DNA from: a bacterium
GTDB taxonomy: Bacteria; Oederibacteriota; PGYV01
Assembly (NCBI GenBank): GCA_029565735.1
Contig: JAKQNO010000123.1
Location: 2,474 to 66,473, forward strand
Reading direction: 5' to 3'
Length of the DNA: 64,000 bases
Shown piece by piece: positions 63,201-64,000 of the stretch. Made by a program: the position numbers and the translations under genes. Positions within the stretch are counted from its first letter, which is position 1, and the number at the start of each line of letters is the position of its first letter. The notes under the pieces are model-generated. The model was given only the letters and a program-made list of their open reading frames with translations, was not told the DNA's origin and searched no databases.

Positions 63201-64000
63201 ATTACTCTCTGTTACTGTCCTGCTCCCCCATTCATCTGATACATTACCTTCATATGTCCACACATCAGTAAACTGGTTATTATCAAAGTGGTCAAAAAAT
63301 ATCATTCCGCCGGGAGTTGGCGTCACCGTCAGCGTCTCGGTTATTGTATTTGTAACCGTAACTGTCGGCGTAGCAGCAGGAGTGCTTAATTTTATTTCAA
63401 ACTTCTGTACTCTGCCGTTCAAATTGTCGCATACATATAAATAATTACCGCTGAACCCTATGCCGCAGGGATTATAAAAATATCCCGGGACAGTGCCATA
63501 TTTTCCAAGCATACCGGCGTAAACGCCGTCTTTGGTAAACACCTGAATCCTGTTTCCGCTTCCAGCGATACTGCTGTTATTTTTTTCTACAACATAAATC
63601 AGGCCATTCGGACCAACACCCAAATGCACGGGGTATGTTATATAACCCTCGCCTGTATTGCCGGAAGACGCCGGTGTACCCAGATTTCTTAATAATGAAT
63701 AATTTGTTTTATCATATACTTTCACATTATTCCAATTCTGATTACTTATGTATATTTCATTACTTTCCACTTTCATCCCTGTGGGCGATAAATCAGACAA
63801 CGATGTTTCCGACAAAGCAGTTGTAGGCGTGCTTCCAAGATTAGCGTAAGTCCGCCATTCCACTGTTGCCGCATCAAATGTTTTTATTTTTGCAGTGCCA
63901 TAATTATATGCCGTGTATATAATTCCTTCCTTTATATCTATCGAAGTATATACAGCATTTGCAGCTGATTCTAAAAGTATATAATTATCCCCGGCCCATG
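57255..64000 (-). CDS. Giant modular secreted protein (NHL propeller, 3 repeated domains, PQQ-like propeller, FN3, 2x CBM3, Ig-like C-terminal domain); 5' end outside the window
   Basis: Frame is open from 63998 with no stop; CBM3 motifs IRYWY and RFNK.DWSAYNQ.ND.SF occur twice; C-terminal NYPNP...WD...ANGIY; Thr-rich linkers. Confidence 0.88.
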   Translation of the reverse strand, partial: WAGDNYILLESAANAVYTSIDIKEGIIYTAYNYGTAKIKTFDAATVEWRTYANLGSTPTTALSETSLSDLSPTGMKVESNEIYISNQNWNNVKVYDKTNYSLLRNLGTPASSGNTGEGYITYPVHLGVGPNGLIYVVEKNNSSIAGSGNRIQVFTKDGVYAGMLGKYGTVPGYFYNPCGIGFSGNYLYVCDNLNGRVQKFEIKLSTPAATPTVTVTNTITETLTVTPTPGGMIFFDHFDNNQFTDVWTYEGNVSDEWGSRTVTESNSQIRFQLTDNFYYMNFVRKCGISRDRGSSDVVEIKALVKVNTSSTEAGLILCGDTFGTGYSASLSKDGDFVIRKGDVIVQDTNVSYQQGQYYLISFKRNDNTFTASFYTTSGVLIEEVKYTDSAYTYTANTKYSMFMITQGLSSGTADFEYFGAYTSVQPVYTPTTTFTASITPTVTATPTITITSTETPENMLCYDHFDDADISGWTKQVYFAAWEINESGTDAVFDYINQRADISEHAELIKNFSSSDIQIIARVRASTEFSEAGVIVRNSGVSGEIHTGIAAFLNEDGYFELRSRSLSYTTTERAVSSVTFERNMYFIVHIKAEGALIKADFYDDSYTFLTTLSITTESFLNNTYAGIYAGKGEGALTGSVQADWIQVHNNSKVIFTPSETGTATLTLTETQSQTLTETITMTWSLTFTRTPSYTMTDTPSPTVTETATETLTITPTWSITETYIINGTFTVSQTATPTRTSTTQVTETATATGTTSNTPTVTLTPYPGDMLVFDHFDDNSWENYWIKVFGGYWDITETGTEIGFEYTGSYDYESRCLVVREAGITDGEATAKIKLGSAYTSAGVSIKGGSQSNEGYAALVTGNGKLRIIKGDNSILSETDIPGFDIAQYYLVQMVYDGGGLSAVLYTGNHIEIMTVAVTGNDTEYGAYTTAGLCVIKEEGNYEASASADWVEVHTGHLAIYTFTPTLTITGTNTQSATETITQTMTETVTETATSTVTETITETMTNTVTETETATITETGTQSHTETLTQTITETSTETTTSTITETAKETVTETATETVTETATETCTETISSTITETVTGTATSSMTDTVTETATQTATETGTETITETTTGTQTSTVTETCTPENTYTVTITSTETITLTYTLTPTNTPDHLEIAWPQTGFDSQHTGYSAIPGPVDALNNVWNFIVPDSPPLGNIVVDNENNVYFHTVADTSKIYRIAPDGTSDFVTVKDGYSSIALGMNNHLYYGEHSSEFYGVKAINRADGADVWEYNLQWDYSGLFVTHNIQVDYPGYVYVSSIDAGLRKFKDNGTLPPTDEWQGKTLGTHLFTRMSGYDAAIDSAGYVYFAEPMINVGTNAPEGLKIVRYNSNGDLDSRTEMDLGIDYSMYAEFLIDEQRNRIFVHTRDTSEAYVYILINRDLTGGILDVINTGYVYSGGIDDIIPPLGAIYKDTGELFYAGNVVPWYLENVTGEFNPSNYEGNDLAGLFSYNYDGSNNHSILRYFTGYYEAGTEPDIAADITSDIVVDSLGKVYFGTDHEFYILQKGTNGTLSRIFTEGQKTHVAVANNRAYFNVGSSISCLAVTTPVAIAPPDPLPPQNATASVSPDGTVVLVWDMDTIKANVYMLNNPYIRLNDDEPVTGNTYTVTGLTAGVEYTFIITAIDEYDQESVPSNPVIFLYGTPTITDTPTITQTATITETNTITETSTVTATETVTQTSTAVMDITLLFKTDNVSAETNSPHPQFRLVNNDSRALDLSAVEIRYWYKYDGLAGSETALIDSANKLPGGENIAANTSALITPANQGCGQDRYFSVLFSGSCGTLVQNGYVDVNTRFNKQDWSAYNQENDYSFGAVSNYSVWDKITVYINGVIAWGIEPTECTPTAVITPSETQTVTPEVTSTKTETASCTETFTVSFTATETITETGTSTMTVTDSVTKTHTVTATQTDTATCTATPTVTETCTETHTLQAVFTATITMTPPAVALRIENKSTDINLNTNSPHPNFRLYNDGGAIDLSRVEIRYWYKFDGDYTTEQAWKDYVAKQPSGTVIADYTALEIISGSFADYQDRYLKISFASGAGVLQSGEYAEIQTRFNKADWSAYNQGNDHSFLNSTNYTSWDKVTVYVDGVKVWGSEPGMGILSISKYLKTEEFEGISGANTYNYPNPCSENTTIRFSLDKKTDISIVIFDITGKKVFVQEYAAADTRPGINTIRWDLKNSTGRQAANGIYILKVITPEKIITKKIAVIR

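Overview
A 64-kb bacterial chromosome segment in which every credible gene (about 55) lies on the minus strand. The organism appears to be an anaerobic, fermentative diderm: it has pta/ackA, a trimeric [FeFe]-hydrogenase, the LPS heptose epimerase rfaD and a TonB-dependent BtuB. The Thr-linker/CBM3 giant protein is reminiscent of Candidatus Goldbacteria, but that is an unverified inference. Core blocks: iorB-paaK-ACT; pta-ackA; rex-hydC-hydB-hydA-hydS-SpoIIE with two Rex-like operators; a small membrane protein followed by mreBCD-mrdA-rodA-rng; a cobalamin riboswitch leading cobC-cobO-btuFCD-btuB; GH57-purD-purE-tsaC-ferredoxin; cysE-ligA-GT; and tmk-holB-ricT-metG-tatD-trpDCFBA-(GAF-GAF-HD-GYP)-accD-folC. 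Accessory content: (1) a REP-flanked, partly AT-rich cassette of exported proteins that ends in a truncated gene; (2) a YD-repeat lipoprotein; (3) a >2200-aa modular CBM3/FN3/beta-propeller protein that runs off the window end and is followed by a LolA-like gene. Many intergenic regions are mosaics of shared modules: TAAGC-periodic inverted repeats, at least three GTAG-footed REP-like palindrome families, and 7-nt and 8-nt periodic tracts. No tRNA, rRNA, CRISPR array or intact transposase was seen. All calls come from reading motifs by eye; no searches were run.
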